DNA of 64,000 bases. Source: Bacillota bacterium (GTDB lineage Bacteria > Bacillota > DTU025). Position 1 is the stretch's first letter. Each line of letters opens with the position of its first letter. Below are positions 20,241 through 29,266 of this stretch, piece by piece. The position numbers were made by a program, and so were the translations under genes. The notes below the pieces were generated by a model. It made no database searches, was not told the origin of the DNA, and worked only from the letters and a program-made list of their open reading frames with translations. The stretch lies in NCBI GenBank assembly GCA_050951805.1, contig JBMNJT010000008.1, forward strand, positions 1-64,000, given 5' to 3'.

Positions 20241-21923
20241 TTAGAAAATGAATTCCGCTTCGAGCACCCTGTTTTCCAGAGAAGCTTTCTCTGAAAGCTC
20301 AATAGCTGCAACGGGATTTCTTGCCCACTCAGGAGTGATGATCAGAGGCAGATCCATAAGCACATGGTCTGCAAGGTTTCGATAGTATTTTTCAGCCAGC
20401 CTGTCGAAGTAATCAGGAATACTGCAAGGCGGAATAATCGGATATTCAACTCTCGTAAGCCTGTTGTTCACGTATGTATTGACGATTGCAGGTTTCTCCC
20501 AATCCCAACTTTCTATGACGGCTGCTCCCCGGGTTCCAAGTACAACCCACAAGGGCTTTGGTGCCGCGCAGAGATTTGATTGAACAACCTGCATCTCCAG
20601 ACCGGATTCGAATTTTACATATGCTCTCCAGTAGTCTTCGACGTTAACATGATGCCAAGCTTTCTTGAGACGGTTGCCATAAACAAAAGCTTTGCGACTT
20701 CGGCAGTCTTGTCCCCAATTGTACGCAGCTATCTGGAACGCTTTTTCAAATTGGTGAACTCCCATATCGTACAGCAAACCCCCGGAAACTTCCTTCTGAC
20801 TTCGCCAACCTGGATATGGCATTTGATATGAGACCATATTGCACTCAACGGAGTACACTTCGCCGATCAAGCCTAGGTCCATAATCTGCCTGAGCGTGAC
20901 GATATCCGAATCCCAGTGGCGGTTATGGAAGACGGAGAGAACTACATCCCTGCATTGGGCAGCTTCTATCATCTGATCAACTTCAGCTGTTGTTATCGCA
21001 AAAGGTTTCTCCGACACTACATGGAGCCCGCTCTCTATCAAAGCCAACACAACCTCGGCATGCGCATTGGGGGGGACTGCAACTACTGCGGCATCAACAA
21101 GGCTGCTTTGGGCCATTTCCGAGGCATCCGTAAATGTGGGGATATCACCGAGCTCATTTTTGGCCGCTCGTAGGCGGGCAGGGTCTTTATCGCATATAGC
21201 TGTTGTTATCAACCCTGTAGTATTGTTGATGCTATCTGCATGATACTTGCCCATTCCATATAGGGGTCCATAACCAACAATGCCAAAACGAATTGTTTCG
21301 TCGCTTATCTTGCCAATAACATACATAAGACCCTTGATAATCAGTTCTTGAAACTGTGGAACGTTGAAAGCTCTCTCATCATGTCCTAGTGCAGTATAAA
21401 GCACTTTCCCTTTTCCGTAGTCGCGAACATAGCCCAGGATCTCTTGTGCTTGATGCCAGCTACCATACATGAATGGCTTTAGCGCTTCTTCGGCATGCGG
21501 CTTAAGCATGTAGAATTCGTCATGAATGACAAAGCTCTTATCAGCTCTAGGGATAACGGCATCAGCTTCTTTGCTGTAAGTGACGGTGATATCCGTCATC
21601 GGACCATGCTCTCTAAACTGAGCGCCGATCATTTCCATATAGCCTTTATTATTGGTCCAAGAATCGGCAGCCGAGTGGATACCTACGATGCCGCCACCAC
21701 TTCGAACATAAGTGAGCAGGCCGTTTTCCTGTTTGGCGGTTAGCTCACCGCCCTGAGTATAGACTATGACGGCACTGTAATGTGACAAATCTAGGAACTT
21801 ATCTCGATCCTCAGCGATTTCAACTGTAAATATCCCTGTTTGCTCCAAAAAGTCTTTTGCTATGCTGCTGCATAGGTGAAACGGGTGAAATCCTCCACCG
21901 GTCATCATAAGTATTTTTTCCAT
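20241..21923 (-). CDS. ThuA-like domain fused to Gfo/Idh/MocA NAD-dependent oxidoreductase
   Basis: N-terminal GGGIVGIHSA..DEFY..GKGKVLYTALGH (ThuA); GIVGYG, EKP, HNR, GGLLYDMGVH (Gfo/Idh/MocA). Confidence 0.88.
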   Translation of the reverse strand: MEKILMMTGGGFHPFHLCSSIAKDFLEQTGIFTVEIAEDRDKFLDLSHYSAVIVYTQGGELTAKQENGLLTYVRSGGGIVGIHSAADSWTNNKGYMEMIGAQFREHGPMTDITVTYSKEADAVIPRADKSFVIHDEFYMLKPHAEEALKPFMYGSWHQAQEILGYVRDYGKGKVLYTALGHDERAFNVPQFQELIIKGLMYVIGKISDETIRFGIVGYGPLYGMGKYHADSINNTTGLITTAICDKDPARLRAAKNELGDIPTFTDASEMAQSSLVDAAVVAVPPNAHAEVVLALIESGLHVVSEKPFAITTAEVDQMIEAAQCRDVVLSVFHNRHWDSDIVTLRQIMDLGLIGEVYSVECNMVSYQMPYPGWRSQKEVSGGLLYDMGVHQFEKAFQIAAYNWGQDCRSRKAFVYGNRLKKAWHHVNVEDYWRAYVKFESGLEMQVVQSNLCAAPKPLWVVLGTRGAAVIESWDWEKPAIVNTYVNNRLTRVEYPIIPPCSIPDYFDRLAEKYYRNLADHVLMDLPLIITPEWARNPVAAIELSEKASLENRVLEAEFIF

Positions 21924-21981
21924 ATAGCATACTCCTTCCGAAGATACTGCGGCCTTCTGATAGGACTAAGCGGGTAGTTAG

Positions 21982-22044
21982 GCCCGATGCGCCGGCATCT
22001 GTTTTTGCTGCTCTGACGGATTTACAGATGCCAGCGCATCGGGC
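21982..22044 (-). terminator. Long intercistronic stem-loop after binding-protein copy 2
   Basis: GCCCGATGCGCCGGCATCTGT pairs with ACAGATGCCAGCGCATCGGGC (one mismatch). Confidence 0.55.
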
Positions 22045-22080
22045 GGGTTGTGTCAAATTCTGTTCGGTAACTGCCCGGCT

Positions 22081-23286
22081 CTATTTGAGCTCAGCTATGT
22101 TTTGTCTGATGATCTCAACCGCATCGGAAAGAGCTGCTTCCACACTCTTATCGCCGCGTATTGCGATCTCAAGTGCGCTGTCCATCGGTGCCCACACGGG
22201 ATTGACTTCCGGTATGTCAGGTAGTATCGAACCGTAGTTGGCTTGCGCGCCATAGCCTGCCACTTCGGGCATTGACTTTACATCGGGCATCTGGAGGACG
22301 TCAAGCCGCGGAGGGATACCTTCAGCGGCCTTGAAGGACTTATACATGGCTTCCTTAGTTGTTAGATAGGAGATGAGGTTTGCAGCATCAGTCTTGCGCT
22401 GGCTATACGAGCTTATGTGCCACCATTTCAGGCTTACAAACGGCGCTGGATACTTGTCATTGTCAAGCTTTGGAAGCGGAGCTACACCGTAATCGATACC
22501 GGCCTGCTTGATTCCGGGCAGTGCCCAGGAGCCATCTATGATGGCTGCAGCGTTGCCTTCACTGAATCTTGCAGGGGCCACGACGTGGTCGGTTCCGACC
22601 GGGATGATCCCTTCATCTCTGAGCGTCTTCAGAAGCTTGACGGCTTTAACAGAGCCTGGGTTGGCAAGGCCAATGTCTTTCGTATCCCATCCGGACTCGG
22701 TGGGCGCAAAGATGTACCCGCCGTATCCTGCCATTATTGCATAGGAGAAGTAGAAGCTTTCCATTGGCCACAGGATTCCGAATTTGCCCTTTTTCCGAAG
22801 CTCGCGGGATCTGTCGATCATCTCGTTGAAGGTTTTGGGCGGTTCAGGCCAAATCTTCTTGTTGTATATCATTGCTACGGTGGAGATGTCGTAGGGCACT
22901 CCGTACAGCTTGCCGTTGAATGTGGCAGCATCGACGCTTACCTTCATGAAGTTGGACAGATCGAAGGTTTTAGGGTTGACTGGGGCAACTGTTCCTGTGA
23001 CGACTAACATGCCGAGCGAACCCGAAACGCTGCAGAACACGTCAGGCCCTTTGCCCATTGGCCCAGCTAACTGCACCTTGTTGGCGGTTTCCAGGACGCC
23101 AACGGGTTCAACCTTCACTGGTATGCCTGTCTTTTTGCTCCACTGATCAGCAAGGGGTTCGATAGTTCCCATCTTCTGCGGCTCGCACCAGACTACCAAG
23201 GGATCTGCGGCCATAGACGGGATGATGGCGAGTGATAGAATCAACGCACCCCAAACGACGGAGAGAAACAGACGTTTAACCTTCAT
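22081..23286 (-). CDS. MalE-like sugar ABC substrate-binding protein (copy 2)
   Basis: 401 aa from ATG 23286 with AGGAGG RBS; about 53 differences from copy 1 by manual alignment (about 87% identity). Confidence 0.93.
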   Translation of the reverse strand: MKVKRLFLSVVWGALILSLAIIPSMAADPLVVWCEPQKMGTIEPLADQWSKKTGIPVKVEPVGVLETANKVQLAGPMGKGPDVFCSVSGSLGMLVVTGTVAPVNPKTFDLSNFMKVSVDAATFNGKLYGVPYDISTVAMIYNKKIWPEPPKTFNEMIDRSRELRKKGKFGILWPMESFYFSYAIMAGYGGYIFAPTESGWDTKDIGLANPGSVKAVKLLKTLRDEGIIPVGTDHVVAPARFSEGNAAAIIDGSWALPGIKQAGIDYGVAPLPKLDNDKYPAPFVSLKWWHISSYSQRKTDAANLISYLTTKEAMYKSFKAAEGIPPRLDVLQMPDVKSMPEVAGYGAQANYGSILPDIPEVNPVWAPMDSALEIAIRGDKSVEAALSDAVEIIRQNIAELK

Positions 23287-23424
23287 GCTAACTTTCCTCC
23301 TCTGTGGTTTCAGTATTGAGTGAAACTCGTAACCACGCCCGTGGGTGGCAAGTGCGCCAGTATGGCTTGCTCGCAGCAACAAATTGGCTTTATCAGATTG
23401 CGCCCCGCATGAGAACGGAGACAA

Positions 23425-23632
23425 TGTGTTTTCGGTCGACAAAAACAGGATGATGAGTTGAGATATGATTTCATGTCGTGCTCGAAATTGCACCGGTTGA
23501 GGATCGGTCCGAAAAGGGCTAGCAGTGAAGGAAAGGTGTATATTAGTGTCGGGTACCAAGCTGAAACCATTGTGGATCCGATCCATATACTTGCTCGAAT
23601 CGGGCTTTGCAACAACAGATCCCGTGGAGCAT
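23425..23632 (-). pseudogene. Frameshifted, internally deleted remnant of the 18930-20027 gene
   Basis: Translates in pieces to KPD..DRI..FSL, LIYTFPS..GP.LN..FEHDM.SYL, then TEN, matching the N- and C-termini of the intact gene. Confidence 0.8.
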
Positions 23633-23708
23633 GAGAGCATTCCGCTTGCTCGGACCTGAGTTTGAGCCAGGGATTATGCCGCGTACGGATTTAAGCTGCA
23701 TGGATGCC

Positions 23709-23763
23709 TAGTAGTCATCCTAACGACTACTATAATAATATTAGCATATCCATTCGATGTCAA
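23709..23763 (-). promoter_or_regulatory. Sigma70-type promoter with palindromic operator (putative TrmB site 2)
   Basis: Minus strand TTGACA (23763-23758)-N17-TATTAT (23740-23735); TAGTAGT-N10-ACTACTA at 23709-23732. Confidence 0.8.
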
Positions 23764-23836
23764 TAGTACCATTGAAAACCCGAAGGCTGTAATAGAAAGG
23801 CATGTCTGTCACGGCGGCCTGAACTGGAGGGATTGT

Positions 23837-24580
23837 ATGAAAGTCTGCGATTGCCATTGCCATGTCGGCGAATTCTATGACCAGATAAACAAGAAACATG
23901 TCTCGTATTCCCCTGCCGAGCTCGTTAAATGCATGCATGAGGCGGACGTCGATCTCGCGATTGTATCGAATATCTCAGCTGTTGACGCTCCTATGCAGGC
24001 TAATTTCGAGTTGGCTGAGTGGGTCGAAGAGTATCGGGAGTTGGTGCCAATTGCGTGGACTACTCCTGAAGTGACGAAGGTAGGTGAAGTGCGACAACTT
24101 TTTGCGTTGGGGTTTCGCGGTCTGAAGTTTCATCCGACTGCAGGAGGGTATCGGGCCGATTCGAACGAGGTTGACAGGTATCTCCGAATCTGTGCCCAAG
24201 AGGGAAAACCAGCCCTGTTTCACTGTGCTGCTGACGAGTCCTCTGCGCCCGAACGCTACATGGCACTTGCTGAACGCAATCCCGATGTGTGGATCATACT
24301 TGCCCACATGAACCTATTTGGACCTGCGGAAGCAGCCATCCGTGTGGCTGAGGCCTACCCTAACATCTGCCTCGATACAAGCTGGGCTAGGCCTGAAGAT
24401 GTGAAGGATGCGATTTTGCGGATCGGGGCTGAGAGGGTTCTTTGGGGGACAGACGCTCCGCTTGGCGGGGAATGCCACTACAGGCGGGACCGGGTCAGGG
24501 CTGCGCTCGAGTCGAAACTGGACGAAGGCGAACTCAAGTCAGTGATGTGGGGGAATGCAGCAAGATTGTTCTCGCTATAA
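23837..24580 (+). CDS. Amidohydrolase_2-family TIM-barrel metallohydrolase
   Basis: DCHCH, GLKFHP, LAHM, LDTS, WGTDAP. Confidence 0.9.
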   Translation: MKVCDCHCHVGEFYDQINKKHVSYSPAELVKCMHEADVDLAIVSNISAVDAPMQANFELAEWVEEYRELVPIAWTTPEVTKVGEVRQLFALGFRGLKFHPTAGGYRADSNEVDRYLRICAQEGKPALFHCAADESSAPERYMALAERNPDVWIILAHMNLFGPAEAAIRVAEAYPNICLDTSWARPEDVKDAILRIGAERVLWGTDAPLGGECHYRRDRVRAALESKLDEGELKSVMWGNAARLFSL

Positions 24581-24734
24581 GTACATTTGCCAGTTTCCGA
24601 GCGTTCTTAAGAGGCGTCGCCTTATTGTGGATAACCGGGTGTCCAATTGTCGTCACCTGCCTGGGCAGGCTGGTAATAGGTGAGAAAAGTTGGGATAGGG
24701 TAAGGTTACTGATCGGCACTGATTCGAATTAGCA

Positions 24735-25499
24735 TCAAAGGATTATGTTTGCGCATCTGTTTTTGTGAGGACATGTATCGCACATGTTGAATCTTGTGAG
24801 ATGGTCGGGGAGGCTTGGCCCTAATGGCAAGACCAACGAAGTCGATTTGAGCGGCATCATCAAGAGTGAATCGCTGAGGGTTACGCCAATGGCGTCGGCG
24901 TCAAGCAGAGAGAAGAGGGCCGACTGCGCATCTAAAGGCATAGCCTCGCATCCGGGCGCTATACGAGGACCTGTCTCCATTCCGCATTCGTCTGCGCGCT
25001 GGGCGCAGGTTTGGCGGATACGCGATGCAAGGCGTTGGAGGGAGATAGTCCCCATGGCATCGAGGACGATTCCCGCAAGCGGGTCGCCAGTGTCGAACTC
25101 CGCTTTCACTTGGCGCTCGAGGAGGGGCCCTATGGTAGCTATCGCTAGCATCACATGGCTTGCACCTTCGAACAGCAGGCCACTGCAGGGGATGAACGCG
25201 CTGCTATTCTCGGCGATTGAGTCAAGGAAGATGCCTTTGTCGGCTATGGAGGCTATCGGGAGAGTCGTGGCCACTACGCGCGGGACGACGAGGCCGTCGA
25301 TGACGGCCCTGTTAGCCTCATCGATGGCGGCTAGCGTGGCTAACAAGGCGACATCGTTGCTAATATCCGGAGGCAGGCAGTTGTCAGCCTCGAGCTTGAC
25401 GATTACGTCGGACATTCCCAAGGACCTGAGGACATCCTCCGCAGGAACCGGTTCGGGTTTTAAAGTCAGTACCGTCTGTTTCAAGAGGAAATCATCCAT
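24735..25499 (-). CDS. Methionine-synthase reactivation-domain-like protein
   Basis: ATIG..LE, LDAMGT, RIAPG...PL..Q, IGVTLSDSLLMMPLKSTS, C-terminal CxxCxxxxxC. Confidence 0.8.
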   Translation of the reverse strand: MDDFLLKQTVLTLKPEPVPAEDVLRSLGMSDVIVKLEADNCLPPDISNDVALLATLAAIDEANRAVIDGLVVPRVVATTLPIASIADKGIFLDSIAENSSAFIPCSGLLFEGASHVMLAIATIGPLLERQVKAEFDTGDPLAGIVLDAMGTISLQRLASRIRQTCAQRADECGMETGPRIAPGCEAMPLDAQSALFSLLDADAIGVTLSDSLLMMPLKSTSLVLPLGPSLPDHLTRFNMCDTCPHKNRCANIIL

Positions 25500-25567
25500 T
25501 CGATCGATGCCTCCGTCTGTTCTGCAGGGCTCGTGTGAGCGCTTGGCTCTACCCTGAGCCCCAGCTG

Positions 25568-27538
25568 TTATCCTCTGGAAAGAAGCATGGAGTCGGTGAA
25601 TGCCTCCATAAATAGGGGGCTGGCTCCGAGTTCCACATGCTCGATCGTTTTTGCCAGGTTTTGCGCCTCCCTGTATGCTTTAGCGCTTACCAATGCTGAA
25701 ATTACGCCTTGGCCTGCGGCGTTTCCCAAAGAGACCAGACGGGCATCGCCCGCATCAGGAAGCAAACCGATGGCAGTGGCGGCTTCGGTATCAAGATAGG
25801 TTCCGAAAGCTCCGGCAAGGACTATCTGCGAAAGCTCTTCCGCTTCTATCCCGATTTCTGCAAGAAGTATTTCGACTCCTGCCCTAATGGCGGCCTTGGC
25901 CAACTGCAGCTCGCGCACATCGCGCTGGGTCAGGACTACATCTGGGCCTTGTGACCCCGATTTGGCCAACACGAATTGGAGGCCGGCTTGGTCCTTGATA
26001 AGGCGGCTTCTAAGAGGACTTCCCGGATCAACTCTGTCCGGGTCGAAAGCCCCTGTTTCCGAGATCATCCCGGCTTCGCGAAGGACTGCGATGAGGCTTA
26101 TCAATCCCGAACCACATATCCCCCGAGGGCTCGCGTCTCCGATTACTTGGCACTCGATGTCATCTTTGCCCATGCGCACACCGTCTATTGCCCCCGGGGC
26201 CGCGATCATTCCACAGGATATGTTGACTCCCTCGAAGGCGGGCCCTGCAGCAGTCGAGCAGGCGAGGATTCTTCCGTTCGCTGCGAGCATGATCTCGCCG
26301 TTTGTGCCTATATCGATAGCAAGTGTCGGGGCTGAGCTCTCACTCATGCCTGAAACGAGTGCCACCGCCAGAGCGTCGGATCCTACGAACCCGGCGATGT
26401 TGGGCAAAAAGAAGAACTTGCCTCTGGGATTGGCGCACGCAAGGCCTACTTCCGCAGGCGAGCATGGGGCGGATTCCAGAACTGCCGGAGCGTAAGGAAG
26501 CCTTGCCAGCCTACTCGGGGAGATACCGCAGAACAGATGGTGCATGCATGTGTTCCCGACGGCCCCCACTAAGTAGACGTCGTCAGGCGACGCGTCTGCG
26601 TCAGCCAAAAGGCCGTTGGCAAGCTCGTTCACGGCCTCGATGACCTCTAGCCTTAAAGTCTCAAGCCCCTCTTTCGACTGCGAGTAGGCGATGCGGGAGA
26701 TCAGGTCGGCGCCGTGGGCGGTCTGCGGGTTGACGGTTCCTTTGACGCCGATTACGGTGTTTGTCGCCAAGTTCACCAAGTACCCCACTAAGGTGGTAGT
26801 GCCGATGTCCAGCGCGATGCCGAGAGGATGCCGCCCGCCACTTTCACCACGCCGTGTTGGCTTGGCTGTCGCAGCGAAAACATCTGCCAGTTTTCCGTCG
26901 ATGAAGACGCCGGTCAGGGCGATGCCGTTGTCGGCGCAGGGGACGATGGATGAGGAGGATGTGCCTGCCGACTGAGCAGGACTCGTGGCTTCGGCCATTG
27001 CTTCTCCGACAGACTGGGCAAGTTTGAGGGTCGGGATTGAGGCTGGCTCTGGGCACTCAGATAAAATCCCGTCGGCGATTTGGCAATACTTTGGCAACCC
27101 AAAAGCTAGTGAGATCCGCTCCCAGTCTGAACGGGCAGAAGACGTAGGGTCAATGGATACGGTTTTCGCTTCAACGCGCGCATCGGCTGACTCAACCTGA
27201 TTGTCCAGCCATTTGCTGTCCGTCAGTATGGAGGCGTTTTGATTGCCCGGCGCGACTCGGGACAAGACGGTTATATCCGCATCCCCCAAGATAGTAGCCT
27301 GGCAGGCGAGCCTCGCGCCTGAGGCGATTTCGTTGGCCGAAAGATGCGCGAGCTCGATCTCGGTGGGCGCGGATATTCCGAGCCCTCCTTCAACTACGAC
27401 CTTGCACTTGCCGCAGACGCCCCGACCCGCGCAGGGCGCGTATACGTGCACACCTGCACGACCGAGCGCCGAGGAGATAGTATCCCCGGGGTTAGCTGGA
27501 ATCTTCATCTTTTCCGTAGACAGGATAATAGAGGCCAA
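25568..27538 (-). CDS. ASKHA-type ATP-dependent reductive activator of corrinoid proteins (RACo/RamA-like) with N-terminal 2Fe-2S domain
   Basis: CAGRGVCGKC..RLACQ; DIGTTT, GADLISRI, DIGTNGE, STAAGPAFEG, GICGSG, LAGAFG, GNAAG. Confidence 0.93.
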   Translation of the reverse strand: MASIILSTEKMKIPANPGDTISSALGRAGVHVYAPCAGRGVCGKCKVVVEGGLGISAPTEIELAHLSANEIASGARLACQATILGDADITVLSRVAPGNQNASILTDSKWLDNQVESADARVEAKTVSIDPTSSARSDWERISLAFGLPKYCQIADGILSECPEPASIPTLKLAQSVGEAMAEATSPAQSAGTSSSSIVPCADNGIALTGVFIDGKLADVFAATAKPTRRGESGGRHPLGIALDIGTTTLVGYLVNLATNTVIGVKGTVNPQTAHGADLISRIAYSQSKEGLETLRLEVIEAVNELANGLLADADASPDDVYLVGAVGNTCMHHLFCGISPSRLARLPYAPAVLESAPCSPAEVGLACANPRGKFFFLPNIAGFVGSDALAVALVSGMSESSAPTLAIDIGTNGEIMLAANGRILACSTAAGPAFEGVNISCGMIAAPGAIDGVRMGKDDIECQVIGDASPRGICGSGLISLIAVLREAGMISETGAFDPDRVDPGSPLRSRLIKDQAGLQFVLAKSGSQGPDVVLTQRDVRELQLAKAAIRAGVEILLAEIGIEAEELSQIVLAGAFGTYLDTEAATAIGLLPDAGDARLVSLGNAAGQGVISALVSAKAYREAQNLAKTIEHVELGASPLFMEAFTDSMLLSRG

Positions 27539-27541
27539 TTC

Positions 27542-28519
27542 TTATCGTCTTCCTTCACTCATGAATGCGTCGATGTTTTCGTGGGGCGTCTCATACGGCA
27601 GATCGCATCCGGTACTCAAAATGAAGTTCTCGACGCCTGACATTGTATCGAGGAGTTCGCGAACGGCTTGCGCGACCCCGGCTGCATCTCGATACAGCAT
27701 AACTCCGACAGGGTCCACATTCCCGATGAGAACGACATCAGGATCTACAACGCCTGCAGCTGCACGCATGTTCACAGGAGCATCGAGGCTCAGCCCGTGG
27801 GCTCCGGTAGCGCACATCTCGCGAAGGATGTGCGTTGTGTCTCCGCATATGTGAAGAACCATCATGTCGGCCATGCCAGGCGCTTCGAACACCTCCCGGA
27901 CGTACGTGCCGCAGAATGTGGCGAACGACCGGGGAGAGAGGAATGTGGCAGTAGGCTCGAGCACTACTATCATATCTGCTCCCGCCTCGGTGAGCGCGCG
28001 TGAATAGCGGATGCATATGTCCTGGGCGAACCTGACTATTTCATGGACCAATTCGGGATCGGTGATGGTCGCCATTGCAATATCGGATGCGCCCATGAGC
28101 AATCCCGCCAGGGTGAACGGTCCGGCCACGTAAGCCGCACACGGCACGGATATGCTTCTCTTCATCAGCTCCATGGTCTTGATGTAACCTGCAAGCCTTG
28201 CGTCGTCAAGCGGGTCGAGGACGCGAAGCGCGTCAAGGTCGGACACTTCCCGGATTGGGTGTTCCTCTACAGAAGGCGACTCGTAGAGAGGGTATCTCAC
28301 CGGCAAACCAAGCGCGCCTGCTTCAAGCGACAGGTCCATCATGAAGAAAACTGCGTCGGGAGCGAACCGCGCCGCGATTCTATCCATGGTTTTGGCATGG
28401 AGCGCGGGATTGAATTCGTTCTGCTTGAGTGAGGAGCCAGTCAGCTTTGCTCCGGGGTAGCCCAAGAGCGGGGCGACGAGCCTTCGTTTGCCTGACATTG
28501 CCAGTTCTATCAGTTTCAT
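27542..28519 (-). CDS. MtaA/MtbA/CmuA-family methylcobamide methyltransferase (URO-D fold)
   Basis: GPFTLAG, LEP.A..LSP..F, LHICG ... GNVDP ... STGCD: complete H-x-C...C Zn motif. Confidence 0.88.
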   Translation of the reverse strand: MKLIELAMSGKRRLVAPLLGYPGAKLTGSSLKQNEFNPALHAKTMDRIAARFAPDAVFFMMDLSLEAGALGLPVRYPLYESPSVEEHPIREVSDLDALRVLDPLDDARLAGYIKTMELMKRSISVPCAAYVAGPFTLAGLLMGASDIAMATITDPELVHEIVRFAQDICIRYSRALTEAGADMIVVLEPTATFLSPRSFATFCGTYVREVFEAPGMADMMVLHICGDTTHILREMCATGAHGLSLDAPVNMRAAAGVVDPDVVLIGNVDPVGVMLYRDAAGVAQAVRELLDTMSGVENFILSTGCDLPYETPHENIDAFMSEGRR

Positions 28520-28531
28520 GATCGTGTCCCC

Positions 28532-29167
28532 CTATGCGGAGATCAGCCGGCGGCCGAGATCCACTGCCGAGCTTGCGTCTGCTGCGTAACCATCTGCTTT
28601 TATCTCCCTGGCATAGTGGTCTGTGACCGGCGCGCCGCCCACGATCACCTTTACCTGGTCCCTGATCCCCGCTTTCTCCAGCGCATCGATCGTGGTCTTC
28701 ATAGCTGGCATAGTCGTTGTCAGCAGGGCTGACATCCCTAGTATATCAGGCCGTTCGTTTCTGACTGCGTCCACAAATGCGTCCGCGGAAACGTCGACCC
28801 CAAGATCTACGACTTCGAAGCCTGCTCCCTCGAACATCATCTTGACCAGATTTTTGCCGATGTCATGAAGGTCTCCTTTGACTGTACCTATTACGACTTT
28901 GCCCTCAGACGGCGCCCCGGTCTCAACGAGCACGGGCCTGATCACGTTGAGACCTGCGGTCATGGCTCTGGCAGCCACCATAACTTCAGGAACGTAAATC
29001 TCGTTGTTCTTGAACTTGACGCCAACCACACTCATGGCGGCGATCAATCCTTCGTTTAGGATCTCGGTTGCGCTTCGGCCTTCTGCAAGGGCCTGCTCTG
29101 CAAGGGCCTTTACCTTGGGCGCATTTCCACTTTCCAAAGCTTCTCTCATTTCTAAGTAATCATGCAA
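28532..29167 (-). CDS. Corrinoid (cobalamin-binding) protein, MtaC/MtbC/MtvC-like
   Basis: Cap domain (EIYVPEV..AARAM) plus GTVKGDLHDIGKNLV (DxHxxG), SALLTTT, VGGAP. Confidence 0.96.
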   Translation of the reverse strand: MHDYLEMREALESGNAPKVKALAEQALAEGRSATEILNEGLIAAMSVVGVKFKNNEIYVPEVMVAARAMTAGLNVIRPVLVETGAPSEGKVVIGTVKGDLHDIGKNLVKMMFEGAGFEVVDLGVDVSADAFVDAVRNERPDILGMSALLTTTMPAMKTTIDALEKAGIRDQVKVIVGGAPVTDHYAREIKADGYAADASSAVDLGRRLISA

Positions 29168-29206
29168 TGCCCTAACCCCCTTGTGTCAGATAGTTCACCA
29201 ACTCCC

Positions 29207-29266
29207 ATTTTAGAGGAATGGCAAATGAAGTCCATGGACGGTCTTGTGGTTTCATGGATTATCCTG
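29207..29266 (-). promoter_or_regulatory. Putative AraC-activated promoter of the corrinoid operon
   Basis: Minus-strand -10 TAAAAT (29212-29207); no consensus -35; direct repeats TCCATGGACGGTCTTG and TTCATGGATTATCCTG 20 bp apart overlapping the -35 region. Confidence 0.45.

Noticed and set aside
23287-23640. 118-aa N-terminal extension on binding-protein copy 2
   Set aside because: The RBS and signal peptide begin at 23286 as in copy 1; the upstream frame is pseudogene sequence that happens to be open
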